Source: Leucoraja ocellata
Taxonomy: Eukaryota
Length of the DNA: 64,000 bases
NCBI GenBank assembly: GCA_036785375.1
Contig: JAWMAR010000531.1
Coordinates: 992,001 to 1,056,000 of the forward strand
Direction of reading: 5' to 3'
Shown: positions 62,808-64,000 of the stretch, piece by piece
How the letters are laid out: each line of letters starts with the position of its first letter
Numbering within the stretch: the first letter of the stretch is position 1
The notes under the pieces: generated by a model
What the model was told of the DNA's origin: nothing
What the model saw: the letters and a program-made list of their open reading frames with translations, nothing else
Databases searched by the model: none
Translations under genes and position numbers: made by a program

Positions 62808-63155
62808 ATTTACGCGCAGAAATTACAGTAAGCCAGCCGCTTTCGATGTCCATCACTCCGGGGCAGAACTTAGAACTAACCTGCACCATGTCTGGCGCTA
62901 CTTTAGGGAACGACAATGTATACTGGTATCAGCAGATTCCTGGACGTACTCCGCGGCTTTTAGTCTATTATTGGTCCAGCAAGAGCACTCCTGGTCGAGG
63001 TCCGGGAGTTTCAGAGAGGTTTTCCGGGTCAGTGTCAGGCAACACGGGGACTTTCACAATATCTAACGTTCAATCAGACGACGCTGCCGATTATTACTGC
63101 GCTATGTGGAAAAACTTTTTAAGATTTGCAAAAGGAACACGAGTGGATGTTGGCA
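62808..63155 (+). CDS. IGLV: IgL cluster 4 germline-joined VJ exon, divergent V family; C exon not in window
   Basis: EITVSQPLSMS...C...WYQQ...DAADYYC-AMWKNFLR-FAKGTRVDVG; acceptor ttcccag| and donor A|GTAAGT. Confidence 0.94.
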
Positions 63156-64000
63156 GTAAGTAAAATATTTATTTCTAACGTTCTGTAAGTCCTTATTAAC
63201 AATAATTAATTGCGTTATCTATCAATCAGGTGAGAATATCCATGATTATCCTTCATATGTTTAATCGTGTACTTCTATTGTAAGCTCCCACCCCTCCTTA
63301 CCCCCCCCCCCCCCCCCCCTCCATTCCTCTCGACATCGCCACTGGCCCTCTGCGAGGTTTTGCGACTCTTTTGCACAGACAGTTAGCACCCAGACGATCT
63401 GTGGTTGCGTCTGAATCAACCCTTATTCTGTTCAACTTGTACTGTATTCTGTCCCGATGCAAAACTCACAGTGGTCCTGAGATAGATTGCATTAGCTATT
63501 AGTAGATACCATGCCGTCATGCGTGTCATATGTTGAACCGAGTTTATTTTCAGCATTTGCTCGAACACATTCAATCGAACAAAGCCCAGTTGCACCATTT
63601 ATTATTGGATTGACATTGCCGAACACACATAATTATTTTACCTACTTACGGAGACCATGCGCCCCAGTCTAAATTGATGATTTTACAAGGGCTCCGTGAA
63701 GCCATTCACATTATACGGGTTGTAGTCACCATCACTCCGTCCCACCATTGTCCCAGATTACTAGCTGGTCGTGCATTTCAAAAACCCAATTGGAATGGAA
63801 ACTGACTGCTGTGGACGACCCTGTAACATAGCTATTCACCCACTAGTCAATCTGCACATTGAGAGGAAACATTTGATTGAAGGAAGCGAACTGCTGAAGC
63901 TGACCCGACAATCGAGTGCTCGCTTTCACACAATTAAAATTCATCATTTGTGGAAAGCGGAACAAGGATATTGTTTCAGCCCCACGACACTACATAGCCA

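Noticed and set aside
1-64000. CRISPR arrays, operons or other prokaryotic systems
   Set aside because: Sequence is vertebrate with spliceosomal introns; no repeat-spacer arrays seen

Overview
Eukaryotic genomic DNA from a cartilaginous fish (probably a skate/ray; inferred from the Ig light-chain class and repeat content). The window is part of a multicluster immunoglobulin light-chain locus of the lambda-like (type II/NS3) class. It holds four genes in which V and J are already joined in the germline, with no RSS: cluster 1 (+, 11338-13167), cluster 2 (-, 30631-33446) and cluster 3 (-, 46817-48824), each an intact leader/VJ/C gene, and cluster 4 (+, leader and VJ at 62643-63155, C exon presumably beyond the window). 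Flanking homology predicts a fifth cluster just upstream of position 1. The rest is mostly transposon-derived: many CR1 fragments, Rex1/Babar, truncated L1s, a near full-length decayed Tx1-clade LINE in a (GA)n microsatellite, V-SINEs, a CORE-like SINE, DNA-transposon MITEs, a Penelope-like GIY-YIG remnant, and foldback elements carrying hammerhead-ribozyme-like motifs. There are two assembly gaps. Germline-joined IgL clusters are an established system. The less expected signals are: cluster 1 looks like a chimera of clusters 3 and 2 recombined through homogenised C exons; germline divergence concentrates in the CDRs at a constant 8-aa CDR3 length; promoters are octamer-containing in one gene and octamer-less in three; the poly(A) signal has shifted in cluster 3; and a transposon carries a CTCF motif between clusters. 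All alignments were made by eye, and repeat boundaries are approximate.
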